Shown here: one piece after another, positions 15,527 to 25,800 of the stretch
Layout: each line of letters begins with the position of its first letter
Numbering within the stretch: position 1 is the first letter of the stretch
Virus record (IMG/VR): IMGVR_UViG_3300021960_000314
Location: 1-31,572 of that record
Strand: one strand, 5' to 3'
Origin: a virus
Lineage: Duplodnaviria > Caudoviricetes
DNA length: 31,572 bases
The notes under the pieces: model-generated
What the model was told of the DNA's origin: nothing
Database searches by the model: none
The model's input: only the letters and a program-made list of their open reading frames with translations
Translations under genes and position numbers: made by a program

Positions 15527-16594
15527 ATGGCAATAGGTCGTATAAGTGGGCCGCTCTTGAAAGCAAATCTGGTTAGAGATAACGTAGATTTATCTTTCAG
15601 AAATGGAGCAACAGACCCGGATATTTTGTATATTGATGTAAACAATGCTCGCATTGGTGTCAATAACTCATCTCCTACTACTGACTTAGATGTTAGTGGA
15701 ACAACACGTACAACAACACTTAGAGTAGACAATCAATTAGATATCGGTAATTTACACATTACTGGTAATACTATTTCGAGCGATCTTAATACAATTAGTT
15801 TTGCACCATCAGGTGACGATCCAGTTGTATACAACAGTAAATTACATATAGACGATTTTGAAATTTCAGGTAATACTATCCAAACTATTGTTTCTAATTC
15901 TAACATAGAAATTAGACCAAACGGTGCAGGTATACTTGAAGTACATTCTAATACTACAATTAACGGAAATGTAGATATTACTGGTGATTTATCAGTAGAC
16001 GGCGATGTTACTATCGGCGGTAATATTACTTTTGGCGATGCACTTACAGATACAATTACAATCAATGCTGCAATTAAAAGTAATTTAATTCCAGAACAAG
16101 ATGTACAATTTGACTTAGGTAGTCCTTCATTTAGATGGAGAACAATGTACGTTAATGACGTATATGCAGATACACTAAATGTTCCTACACTAGACGTAGG
16201 AAACTTAATGTTCCGTGATAATGAGATAACTACTACCACAGGATTAGATTTATACATTGACGGCAACGGCGCCGGCGGTGTAAGATTAGGTAATTTTAAA
16301 ATAACTGGTAATGTTATTGAAAATGTTTCTAATAATGCAATTACACAAATTTTGCAAACAGGAACAGGTTATTTTAAAATTGATACAAACAACGGTTTTG
16401 TTCCTCCTAGAGGTACAAACGCAGAAAGACCAACAGCGTATGCGGTGTTGGGTATGACTAGATACAATACTAACTCTAAAGCATTAGAGATTTGGGACGG
16501 AAGTGCTTGGAGTTCACCTGCTGGTGCATCAGGTGCTGTATCAGAAATTGTAGCGAACGACATTGCAGCATCGTTTGCATTAATGTTAGGATAA
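15527..16594 (+). CDS. Fibre-like virion structural protein (355 aa)
   Basis: N-terminus MAIGRISGPLLKANLVRD; repeated IG(N/D)..I.GN.I units; motifs FDLGSPS.RWR..YV and P.GT.AERP...GMTRYN; C-terminus FALMLG. Confidence 0.75.
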   Translation: MAIGRISGPLLKANLVRDNVDLSFRNGATDPDILYIDVNNARIGVNNSSPTTDLDVSGTTRTTTLRVDNQLDIGNLHITGNTISSDLNTISFAPSGDDPVVYNSKLHIDDFEISGNTIQTIVSNSNIEIRPNGAGILEVHSNTTINGNVDITGDLSVDGDVTIGGNITFGDALTDTITINAAIKSNLIPEQDVQFDLGSPSFRWRTMYVNDVYADTLNVPTLDVGNLMFRDNEITTTTGLDLYIDGNGAGGVRLGNFKITGNVIENVSNNAITQILQTGTGYFKIDTNNGFVPPRGTNAERPTAYAVLGMTRYNTNSKALEIWDGSAWSSPAGASGAVSEIVANDIAASFALMLG

Positions 16595-16601
16595 TAAAGG
16601 T

Positions 16602-16934
16602 ATGCCAACAGTATTTAAAAACGCAGTAATTAACAACGTAGGCACTGAACCTGTAGATGTTTTACAGATTCCAGAAGGTGTTAGAGCGACAGTTGTAGGT
16701 TGTAATCTTGCTAATACATCAGATTATGATACTGTTGTTGTAAACGTTTATGTAGTAGATGAGAATTCAACGCAAGGTAACTATGTACGATCAGTACCGA
16801 TACCACCTGCGTCGAGTGCAAAAGTTGTGACACAAGGTGAAAGATTAATTTTACCAGCCACAGCAGGTTTAAGAATAGAATCAGACACTGAAGACAGTGT
16901 TGATGTAGTAATAAGTTACGTAGAGATATCGTAA
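16602..16934 (+). CDS. Small beta-sandwich structural/adaptor protein, paralog 2 of 3
   Basis: MPTVFKN...IP....ATVVGCNLAN...V.V.V...IPP.SS..V..GERLIL....L.I.SD....VDVVISYVEI. Confidence 0.75.
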   Translation: MPTVFKNAVINNVGTEPVDVLQIPEGVRATVVGCNLANTSDYDTVVVNVYVVDENSTQGNYVRSVPIPPASSAKVVTQGERLILPATAGLRIESDTEDSVDVVISYVEIS

Positions 16935-16944
16935 GGAGAAGATT

Positions 16945-17313
16945 ATGCCGAGTCCATATTATTTTGGTCAATCACCAGATGAATCATTAGGCGATAGCCC
17001 TAGATATTTCTATGCTATCAGAAGAAACGCAGATGGCGAATTGTTTTTGTTAAGAAGCGATCAGTTAAAAGATAAAGATTCGATTGATATCAACTTACCT
17101 GGTCCGCCTGAACAAACATTTGAAGACTTTGAACCAGGTATTGATTATTTTGAGGGAATTGCAGATAATCACGAAACAAATTTTGCAAATATGAAATATC
17201 CTCAATACAAATGGGATCAAAGAAGTACATTATATTATATAGATGACGAAGGAATGTTGGTACAAAGAGTAAACCAGGATTACACTTATCCAACAAACAT
17301 TTCGGGCGATTAG
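16945..17313 (+). CDS. Hypothetical virion-associated protein (122 aa)
   Basis: AAGGAGA RBS; motifs YFYAIRR..DGELF and Y.QYKWD....YYIDDEG.LV.RVN; directly precedes the giant structural genes. Confidence 0.75.
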   Translation: MPSPYYFGQSPDESLGDSPRYFYAIRRNADGELFLLRSDQLKDKDSIDINLPGPPEQTFEDFEPGIDYFEGIADNHETNFANMKYPQYKWDQRSTLYYIDDEGMLVQRVNQDYTYPTNISGD

Positions 17314-17322
17314 GAATAGATT

Positions 17323-20300
17323 ATGGCAGAGTTTAAGATAAGTCGAATTAGATATACGTGGGAAGGTCCGTGGACAGCCGCTACTGCATACAACAAAGAT
17401 GATGTAGTATCATATAACGGTAGTTCATATATTTGTATTAGACAGCATACAGCAAGTGCATCTTTTAACACGGATCAAACTTTTACACCACCAGGCGAAA
17501 CACTAGCAACGCCTGCTTGGACATCAATGACTGAAGGTCAAAACTGGCGTAGCGATTGGCAGACAAGCACTGATTACTATCCAGGTGATATTGTAAGATA
17601 CGGTGGTTACTTATGGATTAATACAACTGCTTATACATCAACAAGTGATTTTGACGCTAACATTTCTAACTGGGCAATCTATGCAACTACTACAGATTGG
17701 GATGGTGCTTGGACACCTAATACAGTTTATGGTATTGGCGATCTTGTAAAATATGGTTCTACAGTTTACAAATGTATTACAGGACACACATCAGCAGCAG
17801 ACTCTGCAACAGGTTTAGAAGCAAATCAAGCAAATTGGTCTACTTACACACAACTAAAAGGTTATGTAGGCGATTGGACTGACGGTTATAGATACAAGTA
17901 TAACGATCTAGTAAGTTATGGCGGAAGTCTTTTACGTGTAACAACAGGACACACTGCTGCAACAAACCTTAACGATGCTAACTTTGCAGTAGATGTACCG
18001 GGCGGAAAAGCAAAAGGTACTTGGGTATTAGAAGATTATTATGCAATTGGCGATGTAGTTATGCACGGCGGGTATGTTTACCAATCACTAACTAATCATA
18101 TTGGTCAGAATCCAAGCGATTCAATTTATCAATTAGGTGGCGGAACACAGCACTGGGCAATTATTCATAAAGGTTTAAGACTAGCAGGCGACTGGGCTCC
18201 AGGATCAAATTATAAAACAGGTGATGTAGTTAGAAGAGGTGGATACACTTACGTTGCATTACTTGATACAACCGCAGATGGAAGTTCTTTAGATTATTTA
18301 GATGCAGGAAACTGGGAAATTTTAGTAACAGGACAGTCATTTAAAAATGCGTGGACTGCAGGCGATACTTACGCAGTTGGCGATGTAGTAACTTATAAAG
18401 GCAGCGCATATAAATGTAATTTTGAACACGTTGCATCCAATGCCGCCGGCGGACAGAATTTTCCAGGCGATAACGGCGAAGGCTACAACTATTGGGATAC
18501 ACTACTAGAAGGATCAAGTCAAGCAGGATTAGTCAATCCAGGTGACTTATTATCATTTGGTTTATCTAGAACAAATGTAGGAGACGGTTCTACACTAGGT
18601 GCAACTAATATTCCTAAAGGTACTCAAGGAAATATTCTTACAGTACAAAATGATTCAAGTGCCGACTATGAGCTGTATGCCAGAATTCCAAAAATTATTC
18701 ACGTTGATCCTATCAAAGGTGTAGACGATACTACTGATGCAGACGCAGGTATTGATATTCAGAAACCTGTAAAATCTATTAGATATGCATTAGAATTAGC
18801 AGATGACGGAGAAGATAACCATAAAACTGTACAACTTACAACAGGTTTGTACGAAGAATTACTTCCACTAATTGTACCTAAAAAGACAGTGGTACTAGGT
18901 GACGAATTAAGATCTAGTACAGTGCGTCCGGCAACGGCAACTTTAACAAGTGCAGATACTACTAACAGATTGGTAATGTTAACACACTTACAGCAAGTCG
19001 CTAGACAACTTATTTTAAATCAAATTATTAGCAAAACTGCAGGTAACACAGAAAATCAGGTATTTGTTGTTGACAGAGAAGTTACAGGTGGCGGCGTAGG
19101 TGTTGACGAAGAAATTATAATTGAAACACCTATCTTTGGTGATACTGCCGCAGCAGATAGGGTTGATGCTGTTATTGCAGACTTTGTACAATATTATACA
19201 TATGCAGTAAATGGTACAGGAACAGCACCTGCTAAGTACGGACAAAATGCAGCATCTACTGCGGAAAATATTGTTAACACAGGTAGAGTTTTACTTGCAA
19301 ACAAAGCATTCCTTGCAGCAGAGATTGGTGCATATATGACATTATTTTATACAGATTATGTACAACCAAGCAATTTAACATATGACATTGAAAGATATGT
19401 AATTGCTATTGAATGGGATCTTAAATATGTTTCTAACTACAAAACACAACTAGAAGCAGTTTATTATTCTAACAAAATTAACGGCAGTCAATTAACTGAT
19501 ATGTTCCGTGTTAGAGATGCGTGTGGTGTTAGAAACCTATCAATCAAAGGTTTGACAGGCACACTTAATCCGGCAAACGTTTTTGAACAGTATCAAAGAC
19601 CAACAGGACCATCTTGTATTTCACTTGATCCAGGTTGGGGTCCAGCACACGAAGAATGTTGGATTATAAATCGTTCGCCTTACATACAGAATGTTACAAA
19701 TAGCGGTAACAATTGTACCGGACAAAAAATTGACGGCTCATTACACGCAGGTGGTAACAAATCAATTGTGTCCAACGACTTTACACAGGTACTAAGTGAT
19801 GGTATTGGTGCTCACGTTCTTAACAATGGTAGAGCAGAACTTGTATCAGTGTTTACATATTACTGTCAGGTAGGTTATCTAGCAGAACGTGGCGGAATTA
19901 TTCGTGCAACAAACGGTAACAACTCATACGGATTTATTGGTGCTCTAGCAGACGGTAATGATCCTACAGAAACTCCTCTTACAGCAAAAGTTGATACTAG
20001 AAACAATCAAGCATCGATTCAGAGAGCATTTGCAGGTGAAGTTAATGATGAAATTCTAGCATTAGAATTTTTACACTGCGGACAAAACTATACAACAGCG
20101 GATTATACATTTATTGGTTCAGGATCACAAGTAGATGTTGTACAAGAAGACTTTAGAGATGATGCATTATTCGAAGCAAGAATTGTTACAGGTGAAGCGT
20201 CAGCAGCAGCAGGCGGCGGCGGATTTACACTTATTGGTAACAATGCACAGTCTGGTACTACAACAAGTATTAGACTAGCAGCGGCAGACGATAATGAAGA

Positions 20301-22860
20301 GGCAAACCTGCTAGGACTAAGAATTTTGATTACTTCAGGACCTGGAACAGGCCAATACGCAGAAGTTAAGTCATATAATTCTTTAACAAAACAATTACAA
20401 GTTAAAAAAGAAAGTACAGGTGAAGATGGGTGGGATCACGTTATTCCTGGAACTCCACCAGAAACTTTAATTACAACAACTTCCTCTTATAGATTCGAAC
20501 CAAGAGTAGTTTTTGATCCACCGCCGTTTGCATCAACAAACGTAAGTTTGGCTGCAGGAACAACTTGGGGCGATATTCAATTTGGTGAAACTCGTAAAAA
20601 CTTTACAAATATAGTTGGTGATCCAGGTAATGGAGTAACAGTTGATGTTATCCCTGCTACAGCAACATTCGATGTGTTGAAAGAAGGTAGAGATTACACA
20701 GTTACAATTAATTCAGGCGGAGCAGGATATACAGTTGGAGACACTATTGTATTAGAAGGTTCAGGATTACTAGGCACCGACGACAATAACATTACTATCA
20801 CAGTTACAGGAATTAGTAATGATAGTACAAACAGTATTACTGCTTTTACCTATGCAGGTACAGGTGCTAGTGGAAGATATGTTGCTGTAGCAAGTACAGG
20901 AACTACAGTAAACTGGTCAAATAACGGCACAGACTGGGAAACAGCACAGTTACCAAGTTCAGGAAACTGGCATACACTGGCTACAGGTAATGATAGATTT
21001 GTAGCAATTAAAGAATTAAGTAACGAAGTTGCAGTTTCAGAAGATGGACAGGTTTGGGGAGCATATACACTACCTAATAGTGCTGATTGGTCTTCAGTTG
21101 CATTTGGCGGCGGAATATTTGTAGCAGTTGCAAAAGATGGCGGATATGCAGCATTTAGTGAAACAGGAACTACGTGGACACTAGCAAACATTCCAGCAGG
21201 TGGTGACTCAACATTTGATCAATGGAGTCAAGTAGCATACGGTGCTGGCAAGTTTGTTGCAGTGTCACAATCTCAAAACTTATCAGCAGTTGGTGAATAC
21301 AATGGATCAACTATTGTATGGAACACATACATTATGGACGTGATTGCAGACAGTTCGCAAAAAGATTGGTTTAAATTAGCATATGGTAATAACAGATTTG
21401 TAGCAATTGCGCCTACAGGTGAAGTTGCTTATTCACTAAACAACGGACAAAACTGGTATCCATCAACTATGCCATCACCAGACGGATCAACAATACTTGA
21501 TTGGAACGATCTTGCGTATGGACAAGGTTTGTTTATTGCAACAGTTGATACCAACGGGCAAGAAATTTCAGGTGATCCAACACTAGGTCCAGTAGACTAC
21601 ATTTATCAATCAGAAGATGGTATTAACTGGATTAAGAAAACTGTTGTTTCAGAAGGCAACTGGGGACAAGTTGCATTTGGTAATCCAGATATTACAACAG
21701 GCGACGGCGGCGATAATAGAAAAGGTCAGTGGATCATACTTAATCAAGATGTTACAACTACACACCTAAAAGTAACAACAGGTAGAGCAGCATTTGGTAG
21801 AGCAAATGTTACCGCTGGTAGAATTGCTTCTGTTAACTTATTAGATCCAGGTTCAGGTTATCCTGCAACTGGACCTACATACACAGTATATGATCCTAAC
21901 AATACAGGTGAACTTGTACTAGACACAACTAGAATTGCAGATAGAGTTCTTGCACAGCCTAGTTGGAGAAACAGAGGTTCTAAATATAAAACTTCAACAA
22001 CTTCTGTAGTAGTTACAGGCGATGGTTTTGCAGATATCACACCAGTAGGCAAGTTCTTAACAGTTAAAGATATGCCGAAGGTAATTGGCCCAGGCGCACA
22101 ATTAAGACTTGCAGACAATCCAGAACTTTACACAGTTGTTGCTATTGAAAACGAAGGTCAACAAGATGACGGAAAATTCTTGTTAAAATTCCGTGTTCAA
22201 CCAGAATTAAAAATTGAAAATGATGTAGTTCACGAGCAAGGTGTTACAATCAACACTAGATACAGTCAGTGCAGAATTACAGGTCACGATTATTTAGATG
22301 TTGGTACTGGCGGATTTGCTGACACAAACTATCCTGCTTTATATTCAACAAACTACGTTCGTTATCCAGAAAACGAAGTACAAGAATTAAACGGTGGTAG
22401 AGTGTTTTATGCAAGTACAGACCAATCAGGTAACTTTAGATGTGGTGAATTATTTGCAGTTGAACAGGCAACTGGTATCGTAACAATTAGTGCAGACTTC
22501 TTTGATCTAAATGGTCTATCAGAACTTGCACTAGGCGGAATTAGAGTTGGTGGTACTGGAACAGTTATTAGAGAATTTAGTACTGATCCACTATTCACAG
22601 CAGACTCAAACAATATTGTTCCAACGCAGAGAGCAATCAAGGCGTACTTGACAAATAGACTTAATGTTGGTGGTGCAGACTTACTAACAGCAAGTTTCAT
22701 TGCAGGTACTGTTAAAATTGGACCTAATCTAATTGGTAACTCAGCGAACTTGACAGTACAAGTTCCGGTTATAATGGATTTTAAAGGTCCTAAGGCTGGC
22801 ATCCAAGGCAGTATGTTAGCACAAAATATGTTCTTTAGATCTTTTAAGAATAGAGAATAA
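17323..22860 (+). CDS. Giant multidomain virion fibre/spike protein A (1845 aa)
   Basis: Seven CBM5/12-like repeats; pectin-lyase-like beta-helix (G.YEE.LP..VP....GDELRS; RSPYIQN; SIVSNDFTQ); one permuted helical insert; BNR-like W..VAFG.G.FVAV repeats; C-terminal GHD.LD.GTG and GGRVF..STDQ.GNFR.G motifs. Confidence 0.8.
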   Translation: MAEFKISRIRYTWEGPWTAATAYNKDDVVSYNGSSYICIRQHTASASFNTDQTFTPPGETLATPAWTSMTEGQNWRSDWQTSTDYYPGDIVRYGGYLWINTTAYTSTSDFDANISNWAIYATTTDWDGAWTPNTVYGIGDLVKYGSTVYKCITGHTSAADSATGLEANQANWSTYTQLKGYVGDWTDGYRYKYNDLVSYGGSLLRVTTGHTAATNLNDANFAVDVPGGKAKGTWVLEDYYAIGDVVMHGGYVYQSLTNHIGQNPSDSIYQLGGGTQHWAIIHKGLRLAGDWAPGSNYKTGDVVRRGGYTYVALLDTTADGSSLDYLDAGNWEILVTGQSFKNAWTAGDTYAVGDVVTYKGSAYKCNFEHVASNAAGGQNFPGDNGEGYNYWDTLLEGSSQAGLVNPGDLLSFGLSRTNVGDGSTLGATNIPKGTQGNILTVQNDSSADYELYARIPKIIHVDPIKGVDDTTDADAGIDIQKPVKSIRYALELADDGEDNHKTVQLTTGLYEELLPLIVPKKTVVLGDELRSSTVRPATATLTSADTTNRLVMLTHLQQVARQLILNQIISKTAGNTENQVFVVDREVTGGGVGVDEEIIIETPIFGDTAAADRVDAVIADFVQYYTYAVNGTGTAPAKYGQNAASTAENIVNTGRVLLANKAFLAAEIGAYMTLFYTDYVQPSNLTYDIERYVIAIEWDLKYVSNYKTQLEAVYYSNKINGSQLTDMFRVRDACGVRNLSIKGLTGTLNPANVFEQYQRPTGPSCISLDPGWGPAHEECWIINRSPYIQNVTNSGNNCTGQKIDGSLHAGGNKSIVSNDFTQVLSDGIGAHVLNNGRAELVSVFTYYCQVGYLAERGGIIRATNGNNSYGFIGALADGNDPTETPLTAKVDTRNNQASIQRAFAGEVNDEILALEFLHCGQNYTTADYTFIGSGSQVDVVQEDFRDDALFEARIVTGEASAAAGGGGFTLIGNNAQSGTTTSIRLAAADDNEEANLLGLRILITSGPGTGQYAEVKSYNSLTKQLQVKKESTGEDGWDHVIPGTPPETLITTTSSYRFEPRVVFDPPPFASTNVSLAAGTTWGDIQFGETRKNFTNIVGDPGNGVTVDVIPATATFDVLKEGRDYTVTINSGGAGYTVGDTIVLEGSGLLGTDDNNITITVTGISNDSTNSITAFTYAGTGASGRYVAVASTGTTVNWSNNGTDWETAQLPSSGNWHTLATGNDRFVAIKELSNEVAVSEDGQVWGAYTLPNSADWSSVAFGGGIFVAVAKDGGYAAFSETGTTWTLANIPAGGDSTFDQWSQVAYGAGKFVAVSQSQNLSAVGEYNGSTIVWNTYIMDVIADSSQKDWFKLAYGNNRFVAIAPTGEVAYSLNNGQNWYPSTMPSPDGSTILDWNDLAYGQGLFIATVDTNGQEISGDPTLGPVDYIYQSEDGINWIKKTVVSEGNWGQVAFGNPDITTGDGGDNRKGQWIILNQDVTTTHLKVTTGRAAFGRANVTAGRIASVNLLDPGSGYPATGPTYTVYDPNNTGELVLDTTRIADRVLAQPSWRNRGSKYKTSTTSVVVTGDGFADITPVGKFLTVKDMPKVIGPGAQLRLADNPELYTVVAIENEGQQDDGKFLLKFRVQPELKIENDVVHEQGVTINTRYSQCRITGHDYLDVGTGGFADTNYPALYSTNYVRYPENEVQELNGGRVFYASTDQSGNFRCGELFAVEQATGIVTISADFFDLNGLSELALGGIRVGGTGTVIREFSTDPLFTADSNNIVPTQRAIKAYLTNRLNVGGADLLTASFIAGTVKIGPNLIGNSANLTVQVPVIMDFKGPKAGIQGSMLAQNMFFRSFKNRE
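17371..18500 (+). repeat. Seven tandem CBM5/12 (chitin-binding type 3)-like repeats
   Basis: Consensus W.....Y..GD.V.YGG..Y.....HT followed by a Trp; boundaries approximate. Confidence 0.75.
20870..21740 (+). repeat. BNR/Asp-box-like beta-propeller repeats
   Basis: Repeated W..(L/V)A(F/Y)G...FVA(V/I).......S.DG..W; boundaries approximate. Confidence 0.7.
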
Positions 22861-22862
22861 CA

Positions 22863-22868
22863 TAAATA
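22863..22868 (+). promoter_or_regulatory. Late promoter core TAAATA
   Basis: CATAAATATA in the 30-nt gap between the two giant genes. Confidence 0.55.
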
Positions 22869-22890
22869 TATGTACACTACGGAGTAGATA

Positions 22891-25800
22891 ATGGCAGAGT
22901 TTAAACTAGGTAGAATTAGATTTGTATGGAAAGGGGACTGGGCAGGTTCCACAACATACTACAAAGATGATGTAGTCAAGTACGGTGGACGTACCTACAT
23001 CTGTGCAGTTGGTCATACCGCCGACAGCGATTTTTATACGGATTTGAATATAGTTCCAAGTAAATGGAACCAAATGACAGATGGTCAATCCTGGAAAGGT
23101 GATTGGACTATTGCAACAGATTATGTAATTAATGATGTTGTAAAATACGGTGGTAATTTGTATATTGCAAATGCTGCCCATACATCTGCTGCAACAACTG
23201 CCCTTGGACTTGAAGACGATCAATCAAGTTGGACAACTTATGCAGAAGGAACAGACTGGAAAGGCAACTGGACAGTCAATACTCGCTATAAGTTAAATGA
23301 CTTAGTTAAATATGGTGGAAACACATATCTCTGCTCAACTGGACATACATCTGCCGCAACTACTGCCGACGGTTTAGAACAGGATATTGGTAACTGGGAC
23401 AAATATAATGATGGTATTGATTATAAAGGTGCCTGGGTTACTGCAACAAGATATAAAGAATATGATGTAGTTAAGTACGGTGCTAATCTTTACATTGTTA
23501 AAGCAGGCCAACATCACACAGCATCAGCAGACTTTAGCACAGACCAGTCAGCAAGATGGGATAACTTTGTTGAAGGTTTCAACTACGAAAATACATATGC
23601 CGCTGGTACAGAATATAAACCAGGTGATGTAGTACATTATGGTGGTAATACATATGTTGCTAAAACAATTAGTACAGGACAAACACCTCCAGTAAATGCA
23701 AGTGATTGGGATTTATTTGCAACAGGTTTCAAATATATTAATAACTGGTCAATTGCAACAAGTTACAAAATTGGCGAAGTAGTTACCTTAAATGGTTATA
23801 CTTATAGAGCTGTACAAGATGCACCTTCTGTAAGTATGTCAGTTACTGCTTCCGACAACGGAACTCTAATTTTTACAGCAGATGATACAACTGGTTTAGC
23901 AGTTGGACAGGTAATTCAGTTTACAGGTACAACATTTGGTAACGTCTTTACAGGCGGTACTTACTATGTTAAAACAGTTGATAGTGCAACACAATTTACA
24001 ATTGCAACTGTAAGTGGTGGAACTACATTTAATCCTACCACAGATACAGGAACAATGACTGCTAATGCAACTTGGCATCCAGCAGCAACAGCATATTGGA
24101 ATAAATTAAATGAAGGTATTAGTTGGCAAGGCGAATGGACTGATGACTACGAATATGAAGTAGGTGACGCAGTTAAGTTCGGAGATAACGCATTTATTTG
24201 TATTCAGAAACACCGTTCAGAAGGTGACACTGACTCAACAATTGGTGCGGAAGGCGGCGGTGCTGCTAATTCAAGACCAGATCTAGATATTACAGGTACT
24301 TACTGGAACCAATTAATTACAGGTTCTGAAACAAGTATCCTTACTAACACAGGCGACTTAGTCTACTTTGGTGGTTCTGGTGTTACTAGACTTCCAATTG
24401 GTAAAGAAGGCGAAGTACTACGTGCTGGTGCAGAATATCCAGAATGGGCGTTACTTGGACAAAGTAATTATGTATATTGGGTAGCAGAACACGGACAAGA
24501 TAAACCATATCCATTAGCAGGTGGAACAGTTGATAAACCATTTGCAAGTGTACGTTATGCTTGTCATCAAATCGATCAAGGTGCTTTAAACTCTAATGCA
24601 AAAGATTTATTAAGAAAAAATAGACACTTTATTCAAAGAGAAGTTACAGAGTGGATTGACTATCAAGTAGAATACTTTACAAATACAGCACCAGATGTAA
24701 CAAGCATTTGGTATAACTTTACATACGATGATGCAAAGTGCGAAAGAGACACCGGGTTTATTGTTGACGCACTAGTTTATGACCTTAGTACTGGCGGCAA
24801 CGTTAAGTCAAGAGGTGCTGCCAACAGTTATATTGGAGCATTAAGCGAGTCTGAAGTAGTAGCATATCCAAATTTAAGTGCAGAAAAAGATCAAGATATT
24901 GCTGCATTTAACTATATGCTTACACTTTTAGGACACGTTTTTGCACAAACAGATCCAGCAGTAAATTATCAAAGTACAAACGGTGATAATTCAACTTCAA
25001 TTGTTACACAACATAAAGATGCAACAATTGCAGCAGAATCAGGTATACTTGCAAAAGCAACTGCACTTGTTACTATTGTGTTAAATGCACTTGAAGACGA
25101 AGATGCTTCAAGAGTGCCTGCTAGATATATGCCTAATTCACTTGTAAAAGTAAAAACAGGGACATATACAGAAGTAGGACCAATTTTAGTTCCAGAAAAC
25201 ACTTGTGTAATTGGCGAAGAAGTTCGTTCGACAACAGTTACTATGGATCTAGGAACTACACATAAAACAGATACAAAGTATACTATTGAAACATATGCAC
25301 ATTTAAACGATGTAGTACAAAAGATTGTTACAGGGGCTACTGTAACTGCTACAACAGGTAATGCTGAAACACAAAGTATTGCAGTGCCGTTTGGTGACAC
25401 TCCTGAAGCAGCAAGAGTTGATAGATTAATGGGTGCTTTGATTCATAATACTGATTTTAGAGTTGGTACTTTTGCACATAGTTTTAGAACTGACCCAACA
25501 GGATATAATGTTGGTTACTTAACAGGCTACGGCGATGCAAGATCACAACTTTCAGAAAACAAAGAATTTTTAAAAGCAGAAGTTACAGCATACATTGCAG
25601 ATCAATATCCAAATGTTTACTATTCAAGAACAAAGTGTAAACAAGATGTAGGATATATTCTAGATGCATTAACATATGATATGACATATGGCGGTAATAG
25701 CCAAGCAATTAGAGCAGGATTAGCATACTATGATGGCCCTGGCGGACCATACGCTGGTAATTTTGGATTAGATTCGAACGAAAAAGCAGCAACAGTTGCG

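Noticed and set aside
22877-22887. CTAC-GGA-GTAG mini-hairpin over the RBS of protein B
   Set aside because: Only 4 bp with a 3-nt loop; too weak to claim as regulatory.
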